A DNA stretch of 64,000 bases from Vulcanimicrobiota bacterium (GCA_963786105.1 CAWAXX010000009.1:25957-89956); one strand, 5' to 3'. Positions 1 through 10,003 are shown, numbered from the stretch's first letter. The notes: a model not told the origin generated them from the sequence alone. Translations and numbers: made by a program.

Positions 1-841
1 AGAAACGCGCATCGCCGCCGAATTTCCCACCGACGAAATCATCCACGCGATGGTCGGGAGACAAGTCGACGCGCATTACCCCGAGTTGCCGCCGGTCGCT
101 CCCGATGCGAAGGTCGTGCTCGACGTACGCAATCTCGCGCGCAAGCCGTTGGTTCGCGACGTCACGTTTTCGGTGCGCGCCGGTGAGATCGTCGGTCTTG
201 CCGGCTTAGTCGGCGCGGGCCGCACCGAGATCGTGCGTGCCATCGCCGGCGCCGACGTCCCCGACCGCGGTGAGATCGCCGTCGACGGCGAACGCGTGCG
301 CGTGCGCGCGCCCGAAGACGGGATCCACGCGGGCATCGCGTTCATCACCGAGGACCGCAAGGCGCAAGGACTGGTGTTGGGCATGACCGTTCGCGAGAAC
401 ATCACGCTCGCGCATCTGGCGGAATTCGTCGCTCGCGACCGCCTGATCGATCGCCGGGGCGAGCGCGAGGCCGCCGACTCCATGATCGCCGAACTTCGAA
501 TCCGGACGCCCGGAAGCGAGCAGATCGTCCGCAATCTGTCGGGCGGGAATCAGCAGAAGGTCGTGCTCGCAAAATGGCTGCTCGGCAAGGCTCGCGTGTT
601 TTTGTTCGACGAGCCGACGCGCGGTATCGACATCGGTGCGAAGGCCGAGATTTACAACCTGATGCTCGAACTGACCGCTCGCGGAGCGGCCATCGTCATG
701 GTTTCGAGCGACCTCCCAGAGGTGCTCGGAATGTCGCATCGGGTTCTCGTAATCCGCGGCGGAGCGATCGTCAGCGAGTTAGCGCGGGCCGACGCAACGC
801 CCGATCGGGTCATCGCGGTCGCCACCGGAGCGGCGGCGTGA
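1..841 (+). CDS. Sugar ABC transporter ATP-binding protein (RbsA/MglA type), 5'-truncated by the window
   Basis: Second NBD half with GLVGAGRTE, EDRKAQGL, LSGGNQQKV and DEPTRGID motifs. Confidence 0.93.
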   Translation, partial: ETRIAAEFPTDEIIHAMVGRQVDAHYPELPPVAPDAKVVLDVRNLARKPLVRDVTFSVRAGEIVGLAGLVGAGRTEIVRAIAGADVPDRGEIAVDGERVRVRAPEDGIHAGIAFITEDRKAQGLVLGMTVRENITLAHLAEFVARDRLIDRRGEREAADSMIAELRIRTPGSEQIVRNLSGGNQQKVVLAKWLLGKARVFLFDEPTRGIDIGAKAEIYNLMLELTARGAAIVMVSSDLPEVLGMSHRVLVIRGGAIVSELARADATPDRVIAVATGAAA

Positions 842-1839
842 ACGATCGCGAGCGGCGCGTCTACTGGCTGCGCATCGGCGGGGCGGCGCTGTTCTTGGTT
901 GCGATGATCGTCGTGGTGAACGTCGCGTCGCACGGTTCGTTCCTCGAACCGGCAAACATCGTCCGCGTCTTGCGGCAGATTACGTACAACTGCGTGCTGG
1001 GCGTCGGCCAGACGTTCGTTATCATCACCGGGGGCATCGATCTTTCGGTCGGATCGCTGGTGGCTTTGACCGGCGTCGTTGCGGCGCTTTTTGCCAACAC
1101 GCTGCACTTGAGCGGATTTCCGTTGATCGCCGCCACCCTGATCGTGGCGGTCGCGGTCGGCGGCGCTGCCGGGTGGTTCAACGCGTTGCCCGTCGTCAAA
1201 CTCAATCTTCCGCCGTTCATCACCACGCTCGCCATGCTCGAAATGGCGCTTGGGCTATCGTTCATCCTCGCGCACGGGCGGCCAGTGGCGCTGCAAAGTT
1301 CCGACTTTCAGAATACCGGCATCGGCTCGTTTCTCGGCGGCGTCACCTCCGCGCTGCACCTCCCGAGCATTCCGATTCCCGTAATTTGGATGGTCGTCAT
1401 CATCCTCGGAGCATCGGTACTGCTCACGCGCACTCGCTTTGGGCGATACGTCTTTGCGATCGGCGGTAACGAGGAAGCGGCACGGCTGGCCGGCATCAAC
1501 GTCGCACGCGTCAAGACGATGGTCTACGTCATCAGCGGCGTCTGCGCGGCGATCGTCGGGTTCCTTTACATGGCACTCTTTTCGTCCGGCTCGCCCCAGA
1601 CCGGAACCGGCGACGAACTGCTCGAGTCGATTGCGGCCGTCGTCGTCGGCGGCACCAGCCTCACCGGCGGACGCGGAAGCATCGTCGGCACGTTCTTCGG
1701 CGCGCTGCTCATCGGCGTGCTGTACAACGCGATGAACCTGCTCAACGTCGACTCGTACTTACAAAAAGTCGTCCTTGGCGCCGTCATTTTGCTCGCCGTC
1801 GTGCTCGACGAACTCCGCAAACGCTACTTGTCGGCGTAG
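838..1839 (+). CDS. Sugar ABC transporter permease (RbsC type)
   Basis: GTG start overlapping the upstream stop (GTGA); GGIDLSVGS, GGNEEAARLAGI and IAAVVVGGTSLTGGRG motifs. Confidence 0.92.
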   Translation: MNDRERRVYWLRIGGAALFLVAMIVVVNVASHGSFLEPANIVRVLRQITYNCVLGVGQTFVIITGGIDLSVGSLVALTGVVAALFANTLHLSGFPLIAATLIVAVAVGGAAGWFNALPVVKLNLPPFITTLAMLEMALGLSFILAHGRPVALQSSDFQNTGIGSFLGGVTSALHLPSIPIPVIWMVVIILGASVLLTRTRFGRYVFAIGGNEEAARLAGINVARVKTMVYVISGVCAAIVGFLYMALFSSGSPQTGTGDELLESIAAVVVGGTSLTGGRGSIVGTFFGALLIGVLYNAMNLLNVDSYLQKVVLGAVILLAVVLDELRKRYLSA

Positions 1840-1845
1840 CACGGT

Positions 1846-1863
1846 CGCTCCGCTCAGGATGAC
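1846..1863 (-). repeat. REP-like half element (reverse complement of GTCATCCTGAGCGGAGCG)
   Basis: Exact reverse complement of 59381-59398; lies between convergent genes. Confidence 0.75.
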
Positions 1864-1873
1864 GTGGGGAACG

Positions 1874-2555
1874 CTAGAACGGGAAGTCGTTTTGCGTTAA
1901 GCCGATGTTGGTTTTGAGATCGGTGATGCTCTCGTCGAGAACGATTTGCGACCCGGCGTAGAGGATTTGGCGGATCGGCCAGTGCGTTTCCTGCGAGAGG
2001 TAGAGAATCTGTTGCGAGATTCCGTCGTTGCTTGCGGGATCGGCGACTTTGAGTTCGAGCCGATCGGTCAGGACGCCGCCGATCTTGCCGCCGGGCGCTT
2101 GGCTTAGCGTCCCGGATATCGTCGCGTACCGGTGCACGACATTTTGGATCAAGCCTTCCGGAATCGTCACGCCACGCAGCGAGACCGCGCGAGAATCGTG
2201 GATGCTCACCTTAAGGTGAATGCCGGAGAGCATGCCCCCTTGATGACCGCTGACTTGATCGCCGCCGGCCCACACGCCGCCGGATCCGCGGCCGTCTCCC
2301 GACTCGATGAGCGTCTTCGCAAAGTGCGGCTTCATGAACCATAGCTTGATAGACGCGGTCTTGGGTGGCCGACCCCTTGACTTCGTGCACGCGCTCCTTG
2401 CACGAGTAGTCGTTGGTCGCTGCGAAGGCTTGATCGAATGCGGTTATTGCGGGTGCCGTGTTGTCGGCGCGAGCCGCGGACGTGAGTCCGAACGCGGCGA
2501 ACAGCGCGATCGACGCGGCTGCAACGTATGAAGAAAGGATTAACCGATTGCGCAT
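1874..2555 (-). pseudogene. Secreted LolA-like/outer-membrane sorting-fold protein with one frameshift near 2343
   Basis: SD GGAGG and ATG at 2555; signal peptide frame (..QDRVYQ) continues as WFMKPHFAK.. in another frame after one extra base; fold guess from size and the C-terminal DLKTNIGLTQNDF. Confidence 0.6.
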
Positions 2556-2575
2556 TGTTCCTCCGCTTTGAACTT

Positions 2576-3187
2576 TTAGCTCGCCTCTTCGCCAAGAAGA
2601 GTACCGTGTTTCCCTTCTACGCCGATCAGCACATCGCATTTTGCTTCGGCAGCAATGTCCTGAATCGTGCCCCCGAGCCGCGCGCCGCTGTACTTGCCTT
2701 CGAGATACGATCCGAGGATGATGAGATCGGCCTTCTCGCGTTTAGCAATGTCCAGCACCGCCTCTTTGGTCGAGCGTACCTTCACGGTCTCGGTATGAAG
2801 CGTAACGTTATTCGCGTTGGCAATCGTTTCGGCCGTGCCCAGCGCGTTGAGAGCGGCCCGTTCTTCGTCGGGCATTTCCGCGTCCGGCGGCAGCGTGAGC
2901 GGTACCTCGATCACGTAGACCGCCAGCAACTCCGAGCGTTCGCCGCGAGCCAGTTTCACGGCGAGGGCCATCATGTGACTCGAGTTAATTTCGGGCGAGA
3001 AAACGACCATGATGCTGCCGACCATACGCTTGAGTTCGCGCGCGGTTTCGGCGGCGAGTTTCTGTACTTGCGACTCCGGTGGATGCAGCATCCACCACAG
3101 GAGCGAGCCGATTGCCACCGCAATGCCGAAGGCGATCAGAGCGCCCGTCGTGGTGATGGTCGGTCCTGCCCCGGCCGGCAGCGTCAC
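2576..3187 (-). CDS. Membrane-anchored universal stress protein
   Basis: N-terminal TM helix, then USP fold (ADLIILGS, EAKCDVLI); GTGA overlap with the upstream small ORF. Confidence 0.85.
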   Translation of the reverse strand: MTLPAGAGPTITTTGALIAFGIAVAIGSLLWWMLHPPESQVQKLAAETARELKRMVGSIMVVFSPEINSSHMMALAVKLARGERSELLAVYVIEVPLTLPPDAEMPDEERAALNALGTAETIANANNVTLHTETVKVRSTKEAVLDIAKREKADLIILGSYLEGKYSGARLGGTIQDIAAEAKCDVLIGVEGKHGTLLGEEAS

Positions 3188-3372
3188 GGCGACGTTCCCC
3201 GCCGGACGCCGGCGATTAGGGAGAGGCGGTGCACGCCGAGCGCAATCATGGCGATCCCGAGAATCAGCCCGGGAGCGCTTTCGATGTGAAGTCCGAGCGC
3301 GGCAACGCGCACGAGAATGACGCCGCCGCAAACGGTCATGGCGACGGCCAGAATCGTGCGCACGACGAGCAC
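3184..3372 (-). CDS. Small two-TM membrane protein
   Basis: 62-aa hydrophobic ORF filling the gap between the APC and USP genes exactly. Confidence 0.7.
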   Translation of the reverse strand: MLVVRTILAVAMTVCGGVILVRVAALGLHIESAPGLILGIAMIALGVHRLSLIAGVRRGTSP

Positions 3373-3373
3373 G

Positions 3374-4993
3374 TTATACCTGCGCCTTCGCGCGACGTTC
3401 GTCGCTGGCTTTCACGTTGGCGACGTACTCGTCCATGAGCTCCAATTCACCGGCGTTGCGCAGGATCTCGACTTGCGCCTTACGCCAATCGTGCGGTTGC
3501 GATCCGAACAGCGGAAAACCTCGATGGCGGCGATAGACGAAGTAGGCAAGGATGCCCAAGACCAACCACGTCGGCCCGGCGATGCGACCGATGGGGTGCG
3601 TGAAGAGGGTGAACACCAGGATGGATACGATGCCGACGAAGCCGATGACCGCGACGATGGGGAACTCGGCGTTTTCGCCGCCCACGCGCACCGGCAGGTT
3701 GAACGGAATTTTAAACTTTCGCGGGCTCAACGGATCCTTCAGGCGCAGTGCGATCAAGGCCAAGAACACGAACGAATAACTCGTGGCCGCACCGAACGCG
3801 TACAGATCGGCCAGGAAATCGAGCCCGGTCTCGTTCCGAAAAAAACGAGCGTACAGGGTCATCGCGCCGGGATGAAGCGACGGAAACGCCGCAAAGAGCA
3901 GCTCCAAAATGGCGATACCGCCGAACGTTACGATCGAGATTGCGGGCGTCCGGAACTTTGCGTGCACTCGCTGAAAGATCGACGGCAACAGGTTCGAGCT
4001 GCTCATGGCATACGCGATGCGCGAACTGCCGAATACGCCGGAGTTCGATGAGATCAGCAGCAGCACGGCGCCGAGGATCGGAACGTAAAAGGCGGCGATC
4101 GCGCCGAAATACGGCACCTGGCTCGCCAGCAGCGCGACCGCCTTGCCTTGATTGTCGCCGTTGTTAGGGAAGATCTGCCAAAACGCAACCGGATGGCCGG
4201 CCGCATCGGTGATGGGGTGCCAGGGCTGCATGCCCAGCGCGAGGTTGGAGTAGGCCAGCGCGAAGATCAGGATCGTGAGAATCAGGGCGATCGACGTGCG
4301 CGGAATGACCGAAGCCGGACGCTGCGTCTCCTGGGCCGCCTGCGAAATGGATTCGAGGCCGACGAAAGAGATGATCGCCAGCGACGTGCCGAGCATCAAC
4401 TGATACGGCGACGGCCAGCTCATCTGCATCGTGTGCACCAGCAGATGCGGCCGGAATGCGAAGAGAAAACCGAAACACAGAATGCACGTTTCGCTGACAA
4501 CGTCGAGCGCCGATACGATGCCGTTAAAGGCCGTGCTCTCGCGAACGCCGATGACGTTGAGACCGATCAGCCCGACGATGAGCGCCAGGGTGACGAGAAA
4601 GTGGATCCACGGATGGGTCGACCCCGTCAGCACCGGCAGCAGCTGGCTCGAGTAGTCCACGCAGGTCCAAGCGAACAGCGTAATGTCGATGGTGAAATCG
4701 AGCAGCACCGTCCAGCCGGCGATGAAGCCGAAAATATCGCCCAGACCGCGTAAAACGAAGTACTGTCCGCCGCCGGCGACCGGATAGGTCGCCGCCAGCT
4801 CGGTGTAAGCGAGTCCGATGCACACGTAGACGATTCCGGCAAAGAGAAATGCGACGTTCGACGCGCCGGCGGCCGCCGCCAGGACGAGGCCCAAGCCCAC
4901 GAAGATATCGGCACCGACGTCGGAGTAGCCCCACGAGAACGATCCCCACGGCGTAACGGAACGGCGCAGCTGCGGCTTGGAGGTCGTCGACAT
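3374..4993 (-). CDS. APC family amino acid/polyamine/cation permease
   Basis: About 12 TM; YTELAATYPVAGG, FVGLESISQAAQE, SRIAYAMS, HAKFRTP motifs. Confidence 0.9.
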   Translation of the reverse strand: MSTTSKPQLRRSVTPWGSFSWGYSDVGADIFVGLGLVLAAAAGASNVAFLFAGIVYVCIGLAYTELAATYPVAGGGQYFVLRGLGDIFGFIAGWTVLLDFTIDITLFAWTCVDYSSQLLPVLTGSTHPWIHFLVTLALIVGLIGLNVIGVRESTAFNGIVSALDVVSETCILCFGFLFAFRPHLLVHTMQMSWPSPYQLMLGTSLAIISFVGLESISQAAQETQRPASVIPRTSIALILTILIFALAYSNLALGMQPWHPITDAAGHPVAFWQIFPNNGDNQGKAVALLASQVPYFGAIAAFYVPILGAVLLLISSNSGVFGSSRIAYAMSSSNLLPSIFQRVHAKFRTPAISIVTFGGIAILELLFAAFPSLHPGAMTLYARFFRNETGLDFLADLYAFGAATSYSFVFLALIALRLKDPLSPRKFKIPFNLPVRVGGENAEFPIVAVIGFVGIVSILVFTLFTHPIGRIAGPTWLVLGILAYFVYRRHRGFPLFGSQPHDWRKAQVEILRNAGELELMDEYVANVKASDERRAKAQV

Positions 4994-4998
4994 GGTTC

Positions 4999-5346
4999 CT
5001 AAAACGCGTTTCGGTGCAGGATCAGCCGATCGCCGTTGACGGCGACGACGTCAAAACGAATTTTGGCCGACGGAGCGACGATCTGCGCGTAGTCGGCGGC
5101 GATGCGTCGCAAGGTGGCTCGCTTGCGGGCGCCCACCGCACCCAGCGCGGAACCGAACCGCGAGGAGTCGCGCCGTTTGACTTCGACGATGACCAGCGTC
5201 GAGCCGTCGAGGCAGACCGCGTCGATTTCGCCGCCGGGAACGCGAACGTTGCGGGCCACGACGGTGTATCCGCGGTCTTCCAAAAAGGCGGCGGCGCGAT
5301 CTTCACCGGCACGTCCTTTGGCGCCGGTGTTAGGCGAATCCGGCAT
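4999..5346 (-). CDS. yraN: YraN family (UPF0102) putative endonuclease
   Basis: GRAGEDRAAAFL, GEIDAV, VEVKRR, RFDVVAV..NAF; downstream of rnhB. Confidence 0.9.
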   Translation of the reverse strand: MPDSPNTGAKGRAGEDRAAAFLEDRGYTVVARNVRVPGGEIDAVCLDGSTLVIVEVKRRDSSRFGSALGAVGARKRATLRRIAADYAQIVAPSAKIRFDVVAVNGDRLILHRNAF

Positions 5347-6034
5347 ACGAACTCTCGAGATCGAATCCAAACGCCAGCTGGGCGTCGCGGACGCGAGCCC
5401 AGTTGGCGCGGTGATGAACGCACGGGCCGTGCTCGCGCAGCGCTTCGATGTGCAACGGCGTCGCGTAACCCTTGTGCAGCGCAAAACCGTAGCGAGGATC
5501 TTCGCGGTCGAGCTCGACCAGGAGCCGGTCGCGGTGCACCTTTGCGACGATCGACGCCGCGGCAACCACCGCACACCGGGCGTCGCCTTGGATGAGCGGC
5601 TCCTGCGGGCCACCGAACGAGCGGATGCGGACGGCATCGGTAATGAGGTATTCGGGCTGGCACGTCAGATCGGCAATGGCGCGTTCCATCGCAAGGACGC
5701 TCGCCCAATAAATGTTCAGGCGGTCGATCTCGGCGACGCTCGCGACGCCGACGGCCCAGGCGGCGACGGTGCTCTTAATCGTTTCCGCGATCTCGATTCG
5801 CAGCTCGGGGCGAACTTGCTTGGAGTCGTTGAGCCCTCGAATGAAGAGCGGCTGCGCCGCTACGACGCATGCCGCTACCACGGGTCCGGCCAGCGGGCCG
5901 CGTCCGACTTCGTCGACACCGCCGACCAGCGTGAAGCCGCGCTCGCGCGCGGCGGATTCGAAGTAGTGCAGCCGGTGAAGCCGGCGCCGCTCGCGCTCGT
6001 ACGCGTTCTTGGCCTTACGTTGCTTGGGCGTCAT
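5330..6034 (-). CDS. rnhB: Ribonuclease HII
   Basis: GVDEVGRGPLAGPVVAA, LNDSKQ, AAASIVAKVHRD, HKGYAT. Confidence 0.96.
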   Translation of the reverse strand: MTPKQRKAKNAYERERRRLHRLHYFESAARERGFTLVGGVDEVGRGPLAGPVVAACVVAAQPLFIRGLNDSKQVRPELRIEIAETIKSTVAAWAVGVASVAEIDRLNIYWASVLAMERAIADLTCQPEYLITDAVRIRSFGGPQEPLIQGDARCAVVAAASIVAKVHRDRLLVELDREDPRYGFALHKGYATPLHIEALREHGPCVHHRANWARVRDAQLAFGFDLESSYAGFA

Positions 6035-6827
6035 CGCCGGGCGATTCGAACGTGATGCGTCCGAACGTGCCTTCGTTGAGCGCGCGGATGTACGACTGCG
6101 CGGCATTGTGGTAATCGACGTTCCCTCCGCGGCGCACGAATCCGCGCGAAGCCGCGAAGGTTTCGAGGTCGGGTACGCGGGAGCGCGGACGGCGCCGCAT
6201 CAACCATCGGTGAAAAGCCACCGCGACTTGCTCGGGATCGTAGCGGTCGCGCGGGAGCGCTCCGGAAATGGCGAGCATCCATTGCGCGTCCTTGGTCGCG
6301 ATCTTGGGCACGAGAATTCCGGGCGTATCCATCAGTTCGACGTTCGGCGGCATGCGAAACCATTGCAGTTGCCGGGTAACGCCGGCGCGGTTTTCGGTCT
6401 TGGCGGCACCGCGGCGCAGGAGCCCGTTGATGATCGACGACTTTCCGGAGTTCGGCAATCCGACGACGAGCGCGCGCGAGATTCCGCTGCGGCCTTTGGC
6501 CGAGCGTACGCGTTGCGGTCGCGACGCGCGCCACGCTGCGCTGCGACCGTCCGTCCACGCTGAGCGCTTCGAGGCCGCGCTGGGCAAAGGTTTCGATCCA
6601 GGCTTTCGTCGCGTGCGGCTCCGCGAGGTCTTCGCGCGTCAGCACCAGGATGCGCGCTCGCCCGGCGATCATCGCATCGAGCGCGGATTGCGGCCGCTGC
6701 GCGGAACGCGAGCGTCGACAACTTCGATGACGATGTCGATCAGCTTCAAGTATTCGCCGATCTTGCGCATGGCGCGGACCATGTGGCCCGGATACCACTG
6801 AACGACTCGTTCGAGTTCGGCCGTCAT
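6015..6827 (-). pseudogene. ylqF: Ribosome biogenesis GTPase RbgA/YlqF with two frameshifts (~6684 and ~6510), likely assembly errors
   Basis: [28 protein letters not shown] and VGLPNSGKSS..GVTR..DTPG lie in three successive frames. Confidence 0.88.
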
Positions 6828-6846
6828 GCGTTAGATCGTGCCCACA

Positions 6847-7356
6847 TCAGAGGGTGCCCACATCGGCCGGCGGCCAAATGCCCGCCAGCGCGCGGCCGAT
6901 CAGTCGCTCGTCGCGCACCGGCCCGAAAAAGCGCGAGTCTTCGCTGTCGGCGCGGTTGTCGCCGAGCACGTAGACCGATCCCGGCGGCACGACGATCTCG
7001 CCAAAGGTGCGGTCGTCGGGAAAGCGCACGTAGGGTTCGTCGAGGCGGCGGCCGTCGATCGAAATGCGGCCCACGTCGACGCGAATGCGGTCGCCCGGAA
7101 GACCGACGACGCGTTTGATGAATACCGCCCGTGCGTCGTCGTCGCGTCGAAAGGCGACGATGTCGCCTCGCTGCGGCTGCGCGAGCCGATAGGCAAACGT
7201 ATTGATAAGCACGTATTCACCCGACGCGATGTGCGGGGCCATCGAGAGTCCCGAAACCTGCGGCAAGCGCATGAAGAACGCCGCGATCAGAAGGGCAAGA
7301 ATCGCCAGTTGCAACGCCAGGTTCGCAAGCGAGCGCCAGGACAGCGATCTCGACAC
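6847..7356 (-). CDS. lepB: Signal peptidase I
   Basis: SGLSMAP (Ser), FIKRVVGLPGD (Lys), LGDNRADSEDSR. Confidence 0.93.
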   Translation of the reverse strand: MSRSLSWRSLANLALQLAILALLIAAFFMRLPQVSGLSMAPHIASGEYVLINTFAYRLAQPQRGDIVAFRRDDDARAVFIKRVVGLPGDRIRVDVGRISIDGRRLDEPYVRFPDDRTFGEIVVPPGSVYVLGDNRADSEDSRFFGPVRDERLIGRALAGIWPPADVGTL

Positions 7357-7376
7357 GAGATCCTAACTTCTAGGCG

Positions 7377-8111
7377 TCAGAGGGCGCGGGCCTGCGACGG
7401 CGGCCAGAAGATCAGAAAAGCGCGACCGGTGAATCCGGCGGCTTCACCAGCGCGAGCGCCGCTGGCGAATCGTCCGGCGTCCTGCGCGAATCCCCAGACG
7501 TGTGAATCTTCGGAGTCGTTGCGGTTGTCGCCGAACATCATGAAGCAGCGCGACGGAATTCGGTCGGGGGCGGTCCACATCGACCTCGGCGGGATGTTGG
7601 CAGAGGCCGGATCCAGCCGCTGCCACCGATCGCCCTCGCGCACGTAGATCCCGTAGTCGCGGATTTGCAGCTCGTAGTCGGGCTTTTCTGCGACGTACGG
7701 TTCTTTTAAGGGCACGTCGTTGACGTACACCGTGCCCCCTTGCACGCGCAAGCGGTCGCCGGGAAGCCCGACGACGCGTTTGATGAAGTCGTCGGGTGTC
7801 GGCATCGGCGGCGGAAAGACGACGATGTCGCCCCGGTGCGGTTCGTGAAAGCGATATTCGAACTTGTCGACCAGCAGCACGTCGTGAATCTGCAGCGTCG
7901 GCAGCATCGAGCCCGACGGAATGTAGTACGTTCGCGCCACGAACGTGATCAGCACCCACGCTGCCAGCCCGGCAATGATGAACGGGTCGAGGAACTCGCG
8001 AGCCAGCGCCGTGCTGCGGCCGTTCGATCCGGCCACCACCGGCCGCAGCGAAAGGCCGACGCGAATGACGGCGATCATGGCGACGATGGCGAGAAGTTCC
8101 TGAGGCGTCAT
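7377..8111 (-). CDS. lepB: Signal peptidase I (second copy)
   Basis: MTPQELL start; PSGSMLPTL, FIKRVVGLPGD, GDNRNDSEDSH. Confidence 0.93.
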   Translation of the reverse strand: MTPQELLAIVAMIAVIRVGLSLRPVVAGSNGRSTALAREFLDPFIIAGLAAWVLITFVARTYYIPSGSMLPTLQIHDVLLVDKFEYRFHEPHRGDIVVFPPPMPTPDDFIKRVVGLPGDRLRVQGGTVYVNDVPLKEPYVAEKPDYELQIRDYGIYVREGDRWQRLDPASANIPPRSMWTAPDRIPSRCFMMFGDNRNDSEDSHVWGFAQDAGRFASGARAGEAAGFTGRAFLIFWPPSQARAL

Positions 8112-8146
8112 ATGCGGTCCGGTCAATCTTTCAGTTAGCGTGGAGT

Positions 8147-8883
8147 CTAGCGAAGGATCTGCAAGCGGCGCCAGGGCCAGACGATCGCAAAAGCGCGGCC
8201 GGCAAAACCGGCGCGGACTTTTCGTTCCGCCAGCGGCCCAGCGGCGAAGTCCCCGTCCGCTGCGCGAATCCCCACACGTGCGAGTCGTCGGAGTAGTTGC
8301 GGTTGTCGCCGAGCATGAAGTAGAAGCCGTTTGGAATACGATCGGGCAATTGCCACTGCGAGCGTGGCGGAATATCGGCACGGCGCGGGTCGAGCGGCGA
8401 GCCGTCGACGTAGATGCCGTACTGCCGGATTTCCAGGTCGTACCTCGGAGGCTGGTTTTCGTAGGGCTCGTGCAGCGCGACGCCATTTCGGTAGACGATA
8501 CCGTCGGAAATGCGAATGGTGTCACCGGGCGTTCCGATGACTCGCTTGACGAACTCGTCTCCTTGTGAGGGTACCGGAGGCGTGAAGACGGCGACGTCGC
8601 CGCGTTGCGGCGAATGCAAGCGATACGCGATCTCGTCGACCAGCAGGACGTCGCGGACTTGCAAGGTCGGGACCATCGAAACCGACGGAATGTAGAACGT
8701 CCGAATGACGAACGTGATGAGGAAGAGGGCGACGAGGCCGGCGACCAGCAGAGCGTCGAGATAATCGCGTACCATCGCAACGGCCGACGAGGATCGGTTG
8801 CCGGCCGCAAATGGTTTGGTCGAGAGGGCGAGCCGGGCGACGGCGAAGACGCAGAGCAGACCGAGAAGCTGCAGCGGTGTTAC
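8147..8883 (-). pseudogene. lepB: Signal peptidase I (third copy); C-terminal frameshift near 8258, start codon uncertain
   Basis: PSVSMVPTL, FVKRVIGTPGD, GDNRNYSDDSH; paralog-like tail GFAGRAFAIVWP is in another frame. Confidence 0.85.
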
Positions 8884-9230
8884 TTGACGGGCTTCTTTTC
8901 CTTGATGCGCGCGCTCTTGCCGATCTTCTCGCTCAAATAGTAGAGACGGCTGCGGCGGACGATGCCGCGCTTGCCGACTTCGATCCGTTCGACGCGCGGG
9001 CTGTGGACGAGAAACGTCTTTTCGACGCCGACGCCGTGGGCGACGCGGCGCACGGTGATCGAAGCCGTCGCGCCGCCGCCTTTGCGAACGATCACGACGC
9101 CTTCGAACATCTGAATGCGCTCTTTTCCGCCTTCGACGACTTTGGAATAGACCTTGATCGTGTCTCCCGGGCGGAAGGCGGGGAGTCCGTCTTTGAGCTG
9201 TTCGCGATTAAGGGCGTCGATGACGTTCAT
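8880..9230 (-). CDS. rplS: 50S ribosomal protein L19
   Basis: [38 protein letters not shown]. Confidence 0.98.
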   Translation of the reverse strand: MNVIDALNREQLKDGLPAFRPGDTIKVYSKVVEGGKERIQMFEGVVIVRKGGGATASITVRRVAHGVGVEKTFLVHSPRVERIEVGKRGIVRRSRLYYLSEKIGKSARIKEKKPVK

Positions 9231-9296
9231 AAACTTTCTACTCGCAAGATAAAACAGAAGCCGGGCGAAGCCGCGGCATAAGCACACGGTATAGTA

Positions 9297-9995
9297 TCAC
9301 GGCCGTTCCTCGCCGACAAGGTCGCCGCGCCGGGCGGCGGTGCGGCGGCGCGACTCCGCCCGCCGCCATTCGGCGATCTTCGCATGATCTCCCGAAAGCA
9401 ACACCTCCGGGACGGCGACCCCGCGAAAGACGGGCGGCCGGGTGAAGCTCGGGTAATCGAGCAGGCCTCCGTCTCCCGCAAAGGACTCGCTTTCGAGGGA
9501 TTCCCTGCGTAAGGCCCCCGCCAGCAGCCTGACGGTCGCGTCCATCATGGCCAAGGCCGGAATCTCGCCGCCGGTGAGGACGAAGTCCCCGAGCGAGTAC
9601 TCCTCGATCGGGTACAGGGCCCCCAGGCGGTCGTCGATACCCTCGTAGTGCCCGCAGACGACAACCAGCCGGTCGAGTTCGGCGAAGCGCTGGGCGTCCG
9701 ATTGATGAAACGGCCGTCCGCTGGGAGACGGCACGGCGATGACCCGCCGCTCGTTCGGAGGCGCGCCTTCGACGATGCGGTCCAGCGCGCGAGCGATCGG
9801 CTCGAGCCGCAGCACCATGCCGGGGCCGCCGCCAAACGGGGAATCGTCGGCGCGTTCGGTGCCCTCAAGCTGGTCGAGCAGGTGGTGGTAGTGCAACGCC
9901 ACGATCTTCGCGTCGACCGCTCGCCCCACGATCGATAGGCCGACGAACGGCGCAAAGACCTCGGGAAAGAGCGTGACGACGTCGATCGTGAACAT
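9297..9995 (-). CDS. trmD: tRNA (guanine37-N1)-methyltransferase
   Basis: DSPFGGGPGMVL, CGHYEGIDDR, SLGDFVLTGGE, VPEVLLSGDHAKI. Confidence 0.97.
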   Translation of the reverse strand: MFTIDVVTLFPEVFAPFVGLSIVGRAVDAKIVALHYHHLLDQLEGTERADDSPFGGGPGMVLRLEPIARALDRIVEGAPPNERRVIAVPSPSGRPFHQSDAQRFAELDRLVVVCGHYEGIDDRLGALYPIEEYSLGDFVLTGGEIPALAMMDATVRLLAGALRRESLESESFAGDGGLLDYPSFTRPPVFRGVAVPEVLLSGDHAKIAEWRRAESRRRTAARRGDLVGEERP

Positions 9996-10003
9996 GACCG
10001 GAG

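Noticed and set aside
7377..8810. 477-aa ORF suggesting a fused double signal peptidase
   Set aside because: The upstream half is out-of-frame text; the real gene starts at ATG 8111.
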